Assembly (NCBI GenBank): GCA_963743045.1
Contig: CAVUOF010000032.1
Coordinates: 69,611 to 133,610, forward strand
DNA: 64,000 nucleotides
Origin: an uncultured Acidobacteriota bacterium
GTDB taxonomy: Bacteria; Acidobacteriota; Blastocatellia; RBC074
Direction: 5' to 3'
The translations under genes and the position numbers were made by a program. Each line of letters begins with the position of its first letter. Positions within the stretch are counted from its first letter, which is position 1. Positions 1 through 11,781 of this stretch are shown one piece after another. Below the pieces are notes generated by a model. It saw nothing but the letters and a program-made list of their open reading frames with translations. It was not told where the DNA came from and did not search any database.

Positions 1-312
1 ATTGCCAACTCAGCGAGCTATGGCGGCTGGTTCTCGCTTGCCCCGAAAGCTGAGATCGACAAAGACAAGCTCGATCTCTGCCTCTTCGATGTTCGATCGC
101 GGCTCGACTCCGTCCGTTACGCGCTGATGAGCCTCAACGGAAGCCATCTGCGTAGTCCACGCGTTGTCTATCAGCAGGTTGAGATGGTCATTGCGAACTC
201 GAATGAAGAGGCTCTCGTACAACTTGACGGGGACCTTGTCGGCACGCTCCCAATGCGTTTCGAAATTATTCCGGAGGCGCTGCGGGTTATCGCTCCGCCC
301 CGATTATCCTGA
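1..312 (+). CDS. Diacylglycerol/lipid kinase family protein (YegS/BmrU-like), C-terminal part; 5' end outside window
   Basis: Frame 1 is open from base 1 to the stop at 310-312. The translation (IANSASYGGWFSLAPKAEIDKDKLDLCLFD...QLDGDLVGTLPMRFEIIPEALRVIAP) resembles the C-terminal domain of DAGK-type lipid kinases. Confidence 0.6.
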   Translation: MANSASYGGWFSLAPKAEIDKDKLDLCLFDVRSRLDSVRYALMSLNGSHLRSPRVVYQQVEMVIANSNEEALVQLDGDLVGTLPMRFEIIPEALRVIAPPRLS

Positions 313-318
313 GAGGTA

Positions 319-1668
319 ATGAAGCCGATATGGGCGAAGACAGTACCAGCAGCGATTCAGATCGTTCTCGCAACTGTGAACTTCATCTGTGCATCGATCA
401 ATCTCCGGGCTGCCAGCCAGACTATGCGGGCGATTGCGGGCATGGCCGTATTTGCCGCGATCACGGCTGCAGGGCGTGGAGTCGTTCAGGGCCAGCCTCC
501 ACTCTCGAGCGCCGCTCTTTCGCCCGAAGCCGGCGTCCTAAAGCGCGAGGGCTACGCCGCCATCTACAACATGGACTACGCGGGTGCCCACACAAAGTTT
601 GAAGAGCTTCGTAGGCTCGCTCCCCGCCACCCTGCCGGTGATCTGTATCTGGCGGTGGTCGTCTGGCTCGAACATCTCAACAAGTCGCGCCGGCTGGTGA
701 CGAGCCTCTACCGCGATGAGTCGAGTTTCTTCTCGGGTGTCGAGAAATCAAAGGAGAGCTCTGAAGGCGATGCCGTCGATCCAACGGTGGATCGGGCGTT
801 CAAACAGTACGTCTCGCAGGCCAAGATCAAGGCTCTGGCCCTGGTTAATGAGGACCGCAACAATCCGGATGCGCTCTACTACCTCGGCACAGTCTACGGC
901 GTGATTGCCGGCTATGACGCTTCGATGGCGCGAAAGTTCTTCAGCGCGATGCGCAATGGCTCACGCTCGGTCGATCTGCACCAGAAGGTGATCAAGATCA
1001 ATCCGAACTATTACGACGCCTATCTTTCGGTGGGCATGTACAACTACATCGTGGCGACGCTCCCCTTCCCGCTGAAAGCACTCGCCGCGATGAGCGGTAT
1101 TCGCGGCAACAAGGAGCGCGGGATGTCACAACTCAAAATGACCATTGAAAAGGAGTCGGATGCCGCGGACGATGCGAGGGTCATACTTCTCGCGATGTAT
1201 CGGAATGAGAAGCAGTACGGACAGGCTCTCGAGCTACTCCAGAGCCTCAGTGCGAAGTATCCAGGCAGCTATCTGCTGAAGCTCGAGACCGCTTCAACAC
1301 TCGCTGATCTGGGACGCCGTGCTGAAGCGATGAAGATCTTTGAGGGATTACTTGCCGATGGCAGCGCGCGCGATGCCGGCGACCTGGTCCACTTTCAGTA
1401 TGCCGAGGCTCTGGTCGCTGAGCAGGACTACAATCACGCGGTAGAGCACTTCCTTATCGTTCCGAAGCTCGCCGGGAAGGACTCCGACCTTGCGACAATG
1501 GCCATGCTTCGGGCCGCACAGGTTTATGACCTCGCCGGAAAACGTCGGGATGCTCTGACCTACTACCAGGCAGTGCTTTCGAGGCCAAATTCGCTCGATT
1601 CGCGAGAGAAGGCGGAGTCCGGCATCAAGCAGCCTTACCGGCCTGCGACTGGAAAGAGCGCGAATTGA
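319..1668 (+). CDS. TPR-like helical-repeat protein with N-terminal hydrophobic segment
   Basis: 449-aa ORF with an N-terminal hydrophobic stretch (AAIQIVLATVNFICASI). It has repeated Ala/Tyr/Leu-rich helical units (YNMDYAGAHTKFEELRRLAP, YGQALELLQSLSAKYPGS, YNHAVEHFLIV). Family-level call only. Confidence 0.5.
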   Translation: MKPIWAKTVPAAIQIVLATVNFICASINLRAASQTMRAIAGMAVFAAITAAGRGVVQGQPPLSSAALSPEAGVLKREGYAAIYNMDYAGAHTKFEELRRLAPRHPAGDLYLAVVVWLEHLNKSRRLVTSLYRDESSFFSGVEKSKESSEGDAVDPTVDRAFKQYVSQAKIKALALVNEDRNNPDALYYLGTVYGVIAGYDASMARKFFSAMRNGSRSVDLHQKVIKINPNYYDAYLSVGMYNYIVATLPFPLKALAAMSGIRGNKERGMSQLKMTIEKESDAADDARVILLAMYRNEKQYGQALELLQSLSAKYPGSYLLKLETASTLADLGRRAEAMKIFEGLLADGSARDAGDLVHFQYAEALVAEQDYNHAVEHFLIVPKLAGKDSDLATMAMLRAAQVYDLAGKRRDALTYYQAVLSRPNSLDSREKAESGIKQPYRPATGKSAN

Positions 1669-1671
1669 ACC

Positions 1672-1752
1672 GTGGCCCTGGCTGTCCAGATGCTGCGGCA
1701 GGTTGGCAGAAGCGAATTCTTGCCGCAGGCTGGACAGCCTGCGGCACGATAT
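1672..1752. repeat. REP-like hairpin element between convergent genes
   Basis: Perfect 11-bp stem GCCGCAGGCTG-gac-CAGCCTGCGGC at 1722-1745. The same hairpin recurs at 40438-40461, 41715-41738 and 41884-41907. Confidence 0.7.
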
Positions 1753-1757
1753 AGAGT

Positions 1758-2831
1758 CTATTTTGGAGTGTGGGCCAGGGCGTCGACCTCTTCATCGGTG
1801 CGGCGTGGTTTCCCGAACAGGTAGACTATCGCGACGCTCAGAAGATAGAGGCCGACCATCGGAGCGGCGAAGATCAGCATATTGAAGGCATCAGCTGTGG
1901 GAGTCAGAACAGCCGCGATGATCATAATGATGACGATCGCATAGCGCCAGGTCCTCAAGAGCATCCGCGGCGTGATGAGTCCGATGCGTCCGAGCAGAAA
2001 TGAGATCGTCGGAATCTGAAAAACAAGGCCAAGCCCGAGCATGATCATGATGATCAGATCGAAGTAGTCGTCGGCCGTGATCAAGGTCCGGAAGCCACCT
2101 TCAGACTGCAAGCCGAGGAGGTAATTGCAGGCGGCCGGAAAGGCGATCTTATACGCGAAAGAGGCACCCAGAATGAAAAAGACGGTTCCCATCAGAATCA
2201 GCGGCAGTACGTAGCGCTTTTCGTGCCGGTAGAGGCCCGGCGCAATGAACGCCCAGATCTCGTAGAGCAGAAAGGGAACAGCAAACGCCACCGCAGCATA
2301 GAGTGCCACCTGCATCTCGAGAGTAAACGCTCCGCCAACCTTCGTGATCACAAGCTTCTCGTCTTCCGGCCCTGGTGCAACCTCTCCCTCACCGAGAACC
2401 GCATCAAGCTCTGTGTCGGCTGCGACCATCGATCGTCCCAAATACCACGCTTCAACGGTATGTGCGGTCAACTTGCCATCCGCCGCCTTGACCACTCTCA
2501 CTGGAACAGTCGTTCCGGCCGGCACTTTGAGCCCGTCGACGAGCGTGTCCTGGTTGAACGTATATTGAATCCTATCGCCTTCTTTGAGGAGGTGCCGGTT
2601 GTCCTTGGTTCCGGCGTTGCGCTGCTCCTGAAGAGCCTGGCGGATCTGGTGCTTGACCGGTATCGCGAGGAAATTGAAGATCTTGTCAGAAAAGTAGAAG
2701 CAGACAGAAAAGGCAATGGCAATTGCAATGGCCGATTGAATCAGCCGTTTTCGAAGCTCATCCAGATGCTCGAGAAACGACATCTGGAGTCCTTCGTGCT
2801 GGTTTTCATCGGGCATGAGAGGGATGTTCAA
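1758..2831 (-). CDS. tatC: Twin-arginine translocase subunit TatC (with ~90-aa insertion in first periplasmic loop)
   Basis: MSFLEHLDELRKRLIQSAIAIAIAF... is the TatC N-terminal signature. There are multiple TM segments (YEIWAFIAPGLYRHEKRYVLPLILMGTVFFILGASFAY). It lies downstream of tatA on the same strand. Confidence 0.85.
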   Translation of the reverse strand: MNIPLMPDENQHEGLQMSFLEHLDELRKRLIQSAIAIAIAFSVCFYFSDKIFNFLAIPVKHQIRQALQEQRNAGTKDNRHLLKEGDRIQYTFNQDTLVDGLKVPAGTTVPVRVVKAADGKLTAHTVEAWYLGRSMVAADTELDAVLGEGEVAPGPEDEKLVITKVGGAFTLEMQVALYAAVAFAVPFLLYEIWAFIAPGLYRHEKRYVLPLILMGTVFFILGASFAYKIAFPAACNYLLGLQSEGGFRTLITADDYFDLIIMIMLGLGLVFQIPTISFLLGRIGLITPRMLLRTWRYAIVIIMIIAAVLTPTADAFNMLIFAAPMVGLYLLSVAIVYLFGKPRRTDEEVDALAHTPK

Positions 2832-2930
2832 GCTGAGCGACCTTCCTCAGCGGCAGGCAACGACGTTGGCCGCAGGCGGAAAGGCGCGGGCAACAAATCT
2901 CCACCGGCAAAATTCCGGCGCCACCGCAAT

Positions 2931-3275
2931 CTAGATCCAGTGTTCGCTTCGTGGTGTCTCCGCGACGGCTGCGGAGCCGGCAACCGCGGGCTCGTGAGTC
3001 ACACCAGAGGAGGCTGCGTGCTCGAGCTGCGAGCTCTCTTCAGGCAAGTGGTATTCGGAGGGAGTGGAAGTGTAGCTATTCTCGGCCGTGGTGGAAGTAC
3101 GAGTCCTCTCCAGCTCGACCTCCTGTTCCCACGAACGCTTGAAGTCTTCGGATGCCCTTTTGAATTGCGACATCGCCTGGCCGAGGGACTTGCCAAGCTC
3201 GGGCAGCTTGCGCGGCCCGAAGACGATCAAGGCCACGACAAGAATCAGGAGCATTTCAGACATTCCAAGGTTCAT
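2931..3275 (-). CDS. tatA: Twin-arginine translocase TatA/TatB/TatE family protein
   Basis: MSEMLLILVVALIVFGPRKLPELGKSLGQAMSQFKRASEDFK is the canonical TM helix plus amphipathic helix. The true start may be the internal Met at about 3260. Confidence 0.8.
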   Translation of the reverse strand: MNLGMSEMLLILVVALIVFGPRKLPELGKSLGQAMSQFKRASEDFKRSWEQEVELERTRTSTTAENSYTSTPSEYHLPEESSQLEHAASSGVTHEPAVAGSAAVAETPRSEHWI

Positions 3276-3517
3276 AACTGCCTCTCTTATCGATCACAAA
3301 GTATTTGAGTTGACTATATGTCACGGCTGTTGGTCAGTCAAGATTGCGATCTTTTGCGGCGACGACTGGAACCCCCAACAAGAGAATGAGATGCACGCTC
3401 GACTCTTGGACCTTTCTAAGCCGCCGGAGGGCCTGGACCGCGGGCGTCCCGCCCGCATCTCTTCGAAACTGCCATGACCAGTCATGCGGCGGGACGCCCG
3501 CGGTCCCATCCCCAGGC

Positions 3518-4481
3518 TCAGCCGCGGGCTTTCGGGGCATGATATCCCTGACGCGCGCGGATATTCAGCTTCGGGCGGTTCAACCGAACCTCGATCGCTC
3601 GCCAGCGGCCATCGCGTCGGTCATTGCTCGGCTCGTAGGTGAGTGTGTATTGATTGCGAAGCTCTTCAACCGTAAGAGTAAATGCGTCACGAAGCTTACT
3701 GCCACCCGGGGTTCGGAAAAACCGGCCGCCCGTCTTGACGCAGAACTCCTTGAGCACCTGAGCGCCGTTGTCCTGCGACCCCGTATGGTAGAGTGCGGAA
3801 TCGCTCAAATCTACAGCGTAGACTGCAATGCCGGATGCCGTAACTCTTCGAATCGCGTCCTCAAATGAATGGCGGCTTCGTGTGTCTGCGCCATCGGAAA
3901 CCAGGAGAATCGCACGTCGCTTCTCGGAGCGCTTGCCCAGGGCAGCCGCTGCGGTGAATACTCCATCGTAAAGCGGAGTCTCGCCCTCAGCCTTAAGGTC
4001 CCAGACCTCGTCGGCGACGTCGCGCAGTTCGGTGAAGTCCTGCAGCATTCTGATCTTGCTGCCGCCGAAACTGTATATCGCCACCGCGTCTCCTTCGCGC
4101 AGCCCGTTGGCAAAACGCGCGCACGCCGCGCGCGCGAGACTCATCTTCGGCCTCCATGCTGGCGCTCGTGTCGAGCAGGATAACAGCCGAAAACGGCGTC
4201 TCCTCGAAACTGAAGCTGACAATCTTCTGCGGTACCTGGTCCTCGAGAACACTGAATTCGCTCGCCTTGAGCCCGCTGACAAAACGGTCCCGCATGTCGG
4301 TGATCGTCACATTGACGACGACCACGTTCGTTTCGACCGAAATCTTGTCGTCCTCGCCGGCCTCCTCTTCCGGCGGCCGGCCCTGCGGTTTGTCGTTGGC
4401 TTTGCGAGGTGGATCCTGAGCCTCGGCTGCGGCCAGGACAATAAAGGAGAAGAGCAGCAGCAGTGTTAACCAGTACCGCAT
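3518..4481 (-). CDS. VWA domain-containing exported protein, interrupted by one apparent frameshift near 4150
   Basis: The N-terminal part (MRYWLTLLLLFSFIVLAAAEA...AVILLDTSASM) is in ORF 3993..4715. It continues in ORF 3518..4282 (RPKMSLARAACARFANGLREGDAVAIYSFGG...LLVSDGADTRS), carrying the MIDAS-like DxSxS motif. The frames switch around 4145-4158. Confidence 0.65.
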
Positions 4482-4518
4482 TCCAGGACTACAAGCACGG
4501 ACGACCGGCTTGTTGAAC

Positions 4519-5055
4519 TCAGTTGACGTAGCTCCGAATGATCTTGACCAGCTGAATAATCTCGCTTGCCTCAACGACGACCGTTGCTGAGACAACGTGT
4601 CGCGACGTCTTCTCCATGCTCGTGTTGAGCCTCTCGCCCGTGGACTTGAGCTGTTTGAGCGCGTCGTCAAGGCTGGCCGGCGGAGACTCGAGCGGGGCCT
4701 CGTCATTGGTTCCACCGAACTCCGAGCGTATCGTCTTTGCCGATTTCTCGATCTCCTTCAGTTTCTTATCGGCAGTGTGTGCGAGATGCGAACCCGCCGT
4801 ATCCTGTGCCAGCGTGTCGACTGTCTCTTTGAGCTGGGCGGCACGTTCGACGAGCTTCTTATGCTCATCCTCTTCGCGCTTGATCTCCATTCGCTTCATG
4901 TTCTCGCGAAAAGAGTCGCCCTGATCGTCCGCGGGTGATGTGGCCTGCCCCGGGGCTACCGGACCGCGCACTTCCTGCGACCAGGCAGTCGTATTCCCAA
5001 GGACCGGGAAGGCCAGAACCAGCAGGAATGCCACGATCAGACAGAGCGCACGCAT
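4519..5055 (-). CDS. Hypothetical exported coiled-coil protein
   Basis: Signal-like N-terminus MRALCLIVAFLLVLAFPVLG, followed by charged helical sequence (KRMEIKREEDEHKKLVERAAQLKE). The ORF-track start at 5139 is a TTG; I prefer the ATG at 5055. Confidence 0.4.
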   Translation of the reverse strand: MRALCLIVAFLLVLAFPVLGNTTAWSQEVRGPVAPGQATSPADDQGDSFRENMKRMEIKREEDEHKKLVERAAQLKETVDTLAQDTAGSHLAHTADKKLKEIEKSAKTIRSEFGGTNDEAPLESPPASLDDALKQLKSTGERLNTSMEKTSRHVVSATVVVEASEIIQLVKIIRSYVN

Positions 5056-5135
5056 GAGAGAAACCTGCTCTCTTCTACCATAAATCGAGTGAGGGTTAAA
5101 GAATGAGCGAGGGGTTCGGATGATCAGCCAGCGAG

Positions 5136-5702
5136 TCAATATTCGCAGTTCAGCAATCGACGCCGGTTGTTGCCTTTGAGACTCAGATCGAGGCCAAGAA
5201 TTTTCCCGGCCAGCCCGCGAAGCACCTCATCCTCGAGCCTCCCGTTCGAGACGCTGTCGATCCATTTCTCATCATTCATAACTCCCGATATTCGCCCCTG
5301 AATATGGGCGATCACTTGAAGCTGCGAACGCTTTCCGTCGAGTGGAAGCAGACTCAACTCAAGCGTGTAGCGTCCCTGAATCCAGTAGCGCACATCACTC
5401 GCGGGAAGCGTCGCGAGGTGTTCGAGATCATCTTTCGCGGTGACGCCCTTGGTGAAGATCACATAGCGTGTGACAAGCTTTGCATCCTCAGGCTTGCTCG
5501 CTTCATCATCGATGGGAATCTTGCATGAGGAAAAAACTTCCTTCGCTATCTTGATCACCTGGTCGCGGGGTACCGCGATCGTGTAAGGATTGGGCAGCGG
5601 CGGTTCCTGCTTGGGACGATCAATCTGAATCTGTCCCTGGGCAGCCTGACTGAGGCAGGAGACTGCAAAACCCAGCCAGACAAGCCTAAGTATTGATCTC
5701 AT
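5136..5702 (-). CDS. Hypothetical exported protein
   Basis: Signal-like MRSILRLVWLGFAVSCLSQAAQG from the internal Met. No recognisable family. Confidence 0.4.
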   Translation of the reverse strand: MRSILRLVWLGFAVSCLSQAAQGQIQIDRPKQEPPLPNPYTIAVPRDQVIKIAKEVFSSCKIPIDDEASKPEDAKLVTRYVIFTKGVTAKDDLEHLATLPASDVRYWIQGRYTLELSLLPLDGKRSQLQVIAHIQGRISGVMNDEKWIDSVSNGRLEDEVLRGLAGKILGLDLSLKGNNRRRLLNCEY

Positions 5703-6087
5703 ATGGGACACGAACGAAAGTCTCGACGAGTTTTGAAATGATGACGCAATCCACAATAGCAGCAACAGTCATGGCCTTCAAGTTTTTTGTTGGCAACGAC
5801 AATGACTGACGCAGCCGGCAGTTTCCTTGTCTTAGCGTTCCACAGTGTTCTCGAGCTGAATTCTCGAACTCATTGTTAAATGAGGGGTTTACAATTATGA
5901 GACTATGTCAGACACATCTGACAGCAAAAGGGTAAGCAATAATTTCATAGCCACCCTTCCATTTTCGCGTAAGAATTACTCAACCAGAGACGATCTCTAC
6001 GGAGTGCGGCTTAGCCGGTCATAGAGCCTAAGCCCGTTATTTACAGTAGTTATCGAATACCTTGTCTTTGGCACCGGGATTGCCATA

Positions 6088-6121
<34 letters not shown>

Positions 6122-6174
6122 CTCCACTGACGGTGTCACGTGGTTACCAGGGTGAGGAAGGTAACCACATTAAC

Positions 6175-6217
6175 AGGCGCTGCAGGCATCCCACGACTGC
6201 AGCGCCTATTATTTTGT
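6175..6217 (+). terminator. Rho-independent terminator with no upstream plus-strand CDS (end of a candidate small or leader RNA)
   Basis: AGGCGCTGCAG (6175-6185), an 11-nt loop, CTGCAGCGCCT (6197-6207), then ATTATTTTGT. It is preceded by a perfect 9-bp hairpin GTGGTTACC/GGTAACCAC at 6140-6168. Confidence 0.6.
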
Positions 6218-6285
6218 CCCGATTCCATCCAATCCAGCCTTGACACCCTTCCGCGCCAACGCTATGGTGCCGCCGACATAAGCCT

Positions 6286-7404
6286 ATGCGCACCTTGAAT
6301 TTGAAACCATCGACCGTCCGAGTGGCTCTGGGAGATCGCGGCTACGATATTTCCATCGAAAGCGGTTCGCTCGTCCGCACAGGGGAGATCGCCCGGACCG
6401 CGTTGGGCAAAGCGCGGCGCATTGCCCTCTTCTCAAATGCCAGGGTCTTTGAGCTATGTGGAAAACGCGTCGAACGAAGCCTCAAGGAGGCCGGATTTCT
6501 ACCTCTCGTCCATCTTGTGAGTGACGGCGAACGCGCCAAGTCCATCAGAACTGCTGAACGCGCGTGGACGGCCCTGCTTGCAAACCGTTTTGAACGGGGC
6601 GACGCAATCCTTGCACTCGGTGGGGGCGTCGTCGGAGACTTCGCCGGATTTGTTGCCGCAACCTTTCTCCGCGGCATTCCCTACCTCCAGGTTCCAACGA
6701 CCCTCCTCGCGCAGATCGATAGCTCGGTGGGCGGCAAGACAGGGATCAATCATCCGCTCGGGAAGAATCTGATCGGAGCATTCCACCAGCCGGCGGCGGT
6801 CATCATCGACCCCTCAGTCCTCAGGACCCTGCCTCGGCGCGAGCTTCGCGCAGGGCTGTACGAAGCCCTCAAGTACGGCATCATTCGCGATGCCGAGCTA
6901 ACCGCATTCCTCAGAGACCGAATGACTCAGATCCAGGCGCTCGATCTCGACGTGCTCACAGCGATCATCACGCGGTGCTGTGAGATCAAGGCGGAGGTCG
7001 TAGCTGCAGACGAGAGAGAGGGTGGCCTCAGAAAGATCCTCAACTTCGGACATACCGTCGGTCATGCTCTCGAGGCTGTTACTGCCTTTCGCCTGCTCAA
7101 GCACGGCGAAGCGGTCGGTTATGGGATGAAGTGCGCCACTTCGATAGCTGAAAGGATTGGATTGATCGCTGCCAGCGAGGCTCTAGAAATCGTCAAGGAC
7201 GTCAATGCCATCGGACCGTTGCCTTCGATCGAGCGGCTCGCTTCGACTGAGATCACTGCCGCAATGGCACACGACAAGAAGGTGGTCCGAGGGCGTCTCT
7301 CGCTGATACTTCCGACTCGCATCGGAGATGTGGTCGTTCGCGACGACGTCGCTATGCCGGTAGTCCGCTCGGCAGTCCGCGCTCTGATCGAGGGTAAGAT
7401 GTAA
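6286..7404 (+). CDS. aroB: 3-dehydroquinate synthase
   Basis: 372 aa with GGGVVGDFAGFVAATFLRGIPYLQVPTTLLAQIDSSVGGKTGINHPLGKNLIGAFHQP and HGEAVGYGM motifs typical of AroB. Confidence 0.9.
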   Translation: MRTLNLKPSTVRVALGDRGYDISIESGSLVRTGEIARTALGKARRIALFSNARVFELCGKRVERSLKEAGFLPLVHLVSDGERAKSIRTAERAWTALLANRFERGDAILALGGGVVGDFAGFVAATFLRGIPYLQVPTTLLAQIDSSVGGKTGINHPLGKNLIGAFHQPAAVIIDPSVLRTLPRRELRAGLYEALKYGIIRDAELTAFLRDRMTQIQALDLDVLTAIITRCCEIKAEVVAADEREGGLRKILNFGHTVGHALEAVTAFRLLKHGEAVGYGMKCATSIAERIGLIAASEALEIVKDVNAIGPLPSIERLASTEITAAMAHDKKVVRGRLSLILPTRIGDVVVRDDVAMPVVRSAVRALIEGKM

Positions 7405-7414
7405 GTCGTATGAC

Positions 7415-8020
7415 ATCGTCTCTCCATCCCGCAGGGATGCAGGAGGGTAGTCAGTGCTGGCTTCGAGGCTGTCTCAAGAATTCGAGTTGTTGTCAGGGAC
7501 TAGGCAGCTTCCATTCCCGCGCACGGGACGTGCGCGAGGATATTAGCCGGTGGTGAAACCACCGGAACGAAATCGCCAAAGGAGCGTTGCGCCCTGGAGG
7601 GCCGCCGGATCAGATTTGCGCAAGCATGTAGTTGAATCCACAATGTTTATGCCTAAATTGCATTATCTGGGCTCAGGTCCTGCGCCCCTGCCGGGGCGCA
7701 ACCGTGAGGGGGGACGCATACCCGGCGGTTTCACCGCCGGCTAATTCCTCGCGCACCTTCGGTGCGCAGGAAGAGCAGGTGCCACCATCCGCGAATTTTA
7801 GACGGCCTCCTTCGCTTGCCCTTGGCTACCGTCTCGCATCCCTGCGGGATGCCCGAAGCTGGCGCCCTGTTTGAGGAGCCTTCATTTCCAACGTCCCTCT
7901 TGTTCCGAAGCGCGACCCGTCGCCGTTCGTAGGGGCGGCTCGTGAGCCGCCCTCACTTCGGCCATCCATCAGTACAGTTCCGAGAGAGGCGTGTGGGGGC
8001 GGTCGCGAGCCGCCCCTACT
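7415..8020. repeat. Mosaic of GC-rich hairpin modules (REP/REPIN-like), including a ~250-bp inverted pair
   Basis: Hairpins CATCCC-gca-GGGATG (7425-7439), GCGCAC..GTGCGC, CCGGTGGTgaaACCACCGG, GCATCCCtgcGGGATGC (7836-7852), and GGGGCGGCtcgtGAGCCGCCC-type (7931-7951, 7995-8015). The arm at 7519-7608 is roughly the reverse complement of the arm at 7681-7770. Confidence 0.7.
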
Positions 8021-8108
8021 CAGGGATCTTGTCTTATCCGGCCGCATAGTCTACGCTGAGTCACTCCCCTCACAACCTCTATCATATTTTTCCGAAGGAG
8101 GGCTCCAT

Positions 8109-8483
8109 ATGGCCAGCTTTGATGAACTCAAGCAGAAGTACAGCGCTGTCCTCGATAAGGGACACGAGGTCGGGCTGCGTGTTGACAATCTGCAGATGGA
8201 TGGTGACAAGCTCTATGTGAAGGGGGCGGTGCCGTCTGACTACGGAAAGAACCAGCTATGGGATGCAGTCAAGGCGATTGACGCGAATGCGGCCGATATT
8301 ACAGCCGACATCGCCGTGCAACCCGGACAGGTCTACACGGTCCAGTCGGGCGACTCCCTGTCAAAAATCGCCAAGCGCTTCTACGGCGATGCCAATCAGT
8401 ATCAGAAGATATTTCAGGCCAACTCAGATCAACTGTCGGATCCTGACAAGATTCAGGTAGGCCAGCAGATCAAGCTTCCATAA
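8109..8483 (+). CDS. BON/LysM domain protein (YgaU/Kbp-like)
   Basis: C-terminal LysM YTVQSGDSLSKIAKRFYGDANQYQKIFQANSDQLSDPDKIQVGQQIKLP. Good RBS (GAAGGAGG) upstream. Confidence 0.8.
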   Translation: MASFDELKQKYSAVLDKGHEVGLRVDNLQMDGDKLYVKGAVPSDYGKNQLWDAVKAIDANAADITADIAVQPGQVYTVQSGDSLSKIAKRFYGDANQYQKIFQANSDQLSDPDKIQVGQQIKLP

Positions 8484-8493
8484 AACAAAGTTA

Positions 8494-8532
8494 GCCACAA
8501 AAAACACAAAGACCTTTTGTGTTTTTTGTGGC
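8494..8532. terminator. Bidirectional intrinsic terminator between convergent genes
   Basis: GCCACAAAAAACACAAA-gacc-TTTTGTGTTTTTTGTGGC is a near-perfect 17-bp stem with A/T runs on both sides. Confidence 0.7.
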
Positions 8533-8540
8533 TCCCCTCT

Positions 8541-9590
8541 TCAGGGCATCACGATTCCAAGCTCACGGCCAAACGTAAACTGCACCCGCTTTCTCGTTCT
8601 CATCGCCTTCGAAGCCGTCTGCGATAAGGCAGTCACCAGCATCGGCATGGCGATCGTCGCGTCGCAGCGCACTGTCACCGCCCTCGCCGACCGGGCAAGC
8701 CGGCCAAAACTCTGAGCCTGATCGAAGTCCGACCCTGAATATCCGCCAAAATAGGGCCCTTCAGTGACTATCTGTACGGCATATTTGTGGCCGCGAACCT
8801 GTCCGTGAAGCAGACCGGCACTGGCTTCGCTCTGCTGGATGAAAGTCTTCGGCGTTCCCCCGCCAAAGAAGACAACCCCGGTGGAGCGGGCCTTTGCCAC
8901 TATCTGCGCGAGATCGACCACGTCCTGGATAACGTCGAACTGGAACTGATTTTTCTTCTCGATCCGGCTCAAACCTATGGATACGCCAAACGCACTGTCG
9001 GCAATCGCCGGACAGAACACTGGAACCCGTGACTTGTAAGCCGACGTCAGAATCCCGTCCTCGGTCGCAATCTCGCTGAGCTCTCTTCCCAGAAGGTGAA
9101 GAAACTCTCTCGTCGAGTAAGGATGGCTGCTGTCAAGCTGTCCGGCAAAGCCGCCGATCCATTCGTTAGCCTCGCGAAACTCTTCTTCAGATGCCAGCGT
9201 ATCGTAAATCCGATCGACCATCTGCTCCTGCAGTTGAGCATCGTCCATCTTCGGATCACCCTGGTAGTGAAAGCGTCCGAGAGTTTCGTGAAGATCGTGA
9301 AAGATGTTGGCGCCAGTGGCCACGAGGACATCGACGCAGCGATTCTTCAACAGATAGGCAATCAGCCTTCGCATGCCCGCGGGAACGAGGGCTCCGCTGA
9401 TTCCCATCATGACAATGGCGTTCTCGTGAAGCATCTGGAGCCAGATCTGGTGGGCCAGTGCAAGGTTGCGTCCCTGGAACGAAATGCCCTCCATTTTCTC
9501 GAGCAGACCGGGAACACTGCGGTCCCGGTCGATCTGGAGCGGCTGGGTGGGCTTGGTAAAGTATTTTGCGCCTTTCAGTCTTCTGATCAT
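8541..9590 (-). CDS. Deoxyhypusine synthase family protein (homospermidine-synthase-like)
   Basis: 349 aa. GISGALVPAGMRRLIAYLLKNRCVDVLVATGANIFHDLHE and FFGGGTPKTFIQQ are typical of the DHS fold. Confidence 0.8.
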   Translation of the reverse strand: MIRRLKGAKYFTKPTQPLQIDRDRSVPGLLEKMEGISFQGRNLALAHQIWLQMLHENAIVMMGISGALVPAGMRRLIAYLLKNRCVDVLVATGANIFHDLHETLGRFHYQGDPKMDDAQLQEQMVDRIYDTLASEEEFREANEWIGGFAGQLDSSHPYSTREFLHLLGRELSEIATEDGILTSAYKSRVPVFCPAIADSAFGVSIGLSRIEKKNQFQFDVIQDVVDLAQIVAKARSTGVVFFGGGTPKTFIQQSEASAGLLHGQVRGHKYAVQIVTEGPYFGGYSGSDFDQAQSFGRLARSARAVTVRCDATIAMPMLVTALSQTASKAMRTRKRVQFTFGRELGIVMP

Positions 9591-9639
9591 GTTGTGGGTT
9601 ACTGAGATGGCCCGCGCGGCCTATCCTCTCCTTTGTTCA

Positions 9640-11544
<1,905 letters not shown>

Positions 11545-11781
11545 CGTTTGAGTTAGCTGACCTCCTCGCTGGTTACCGGCTCCCCGAACTCTTCAGGATC
11601 AAATAATTGACGGGCTCTCGTTCAAACACACAGCAGCCACGGGAATCAGGACTCTGCGCACTGTTTTTGCTGATCGCAGCTACGGTAGGGCGTTTTGAAG
11701 CCGGAATGTAACAGATTGGCTCGGTAGCTGTCAAAAACTATTTTTCCCCGTGTAAGCGCCCCAGACATCACAACATAACAC

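Noticed and set aside
2223-3308. 361-aa plus-strand ORF (and similar long ORFs at 34770..36077, 9466..10167, 31949..32665, 49170..49754)
   Set aside because: They lie antisense to genes with clear family signatures (tatC/tatA, receptor, speA, pgi). Their Arg/Ser/Pro-rich composition is typical of shadow ORFs in GC-rich DNA.
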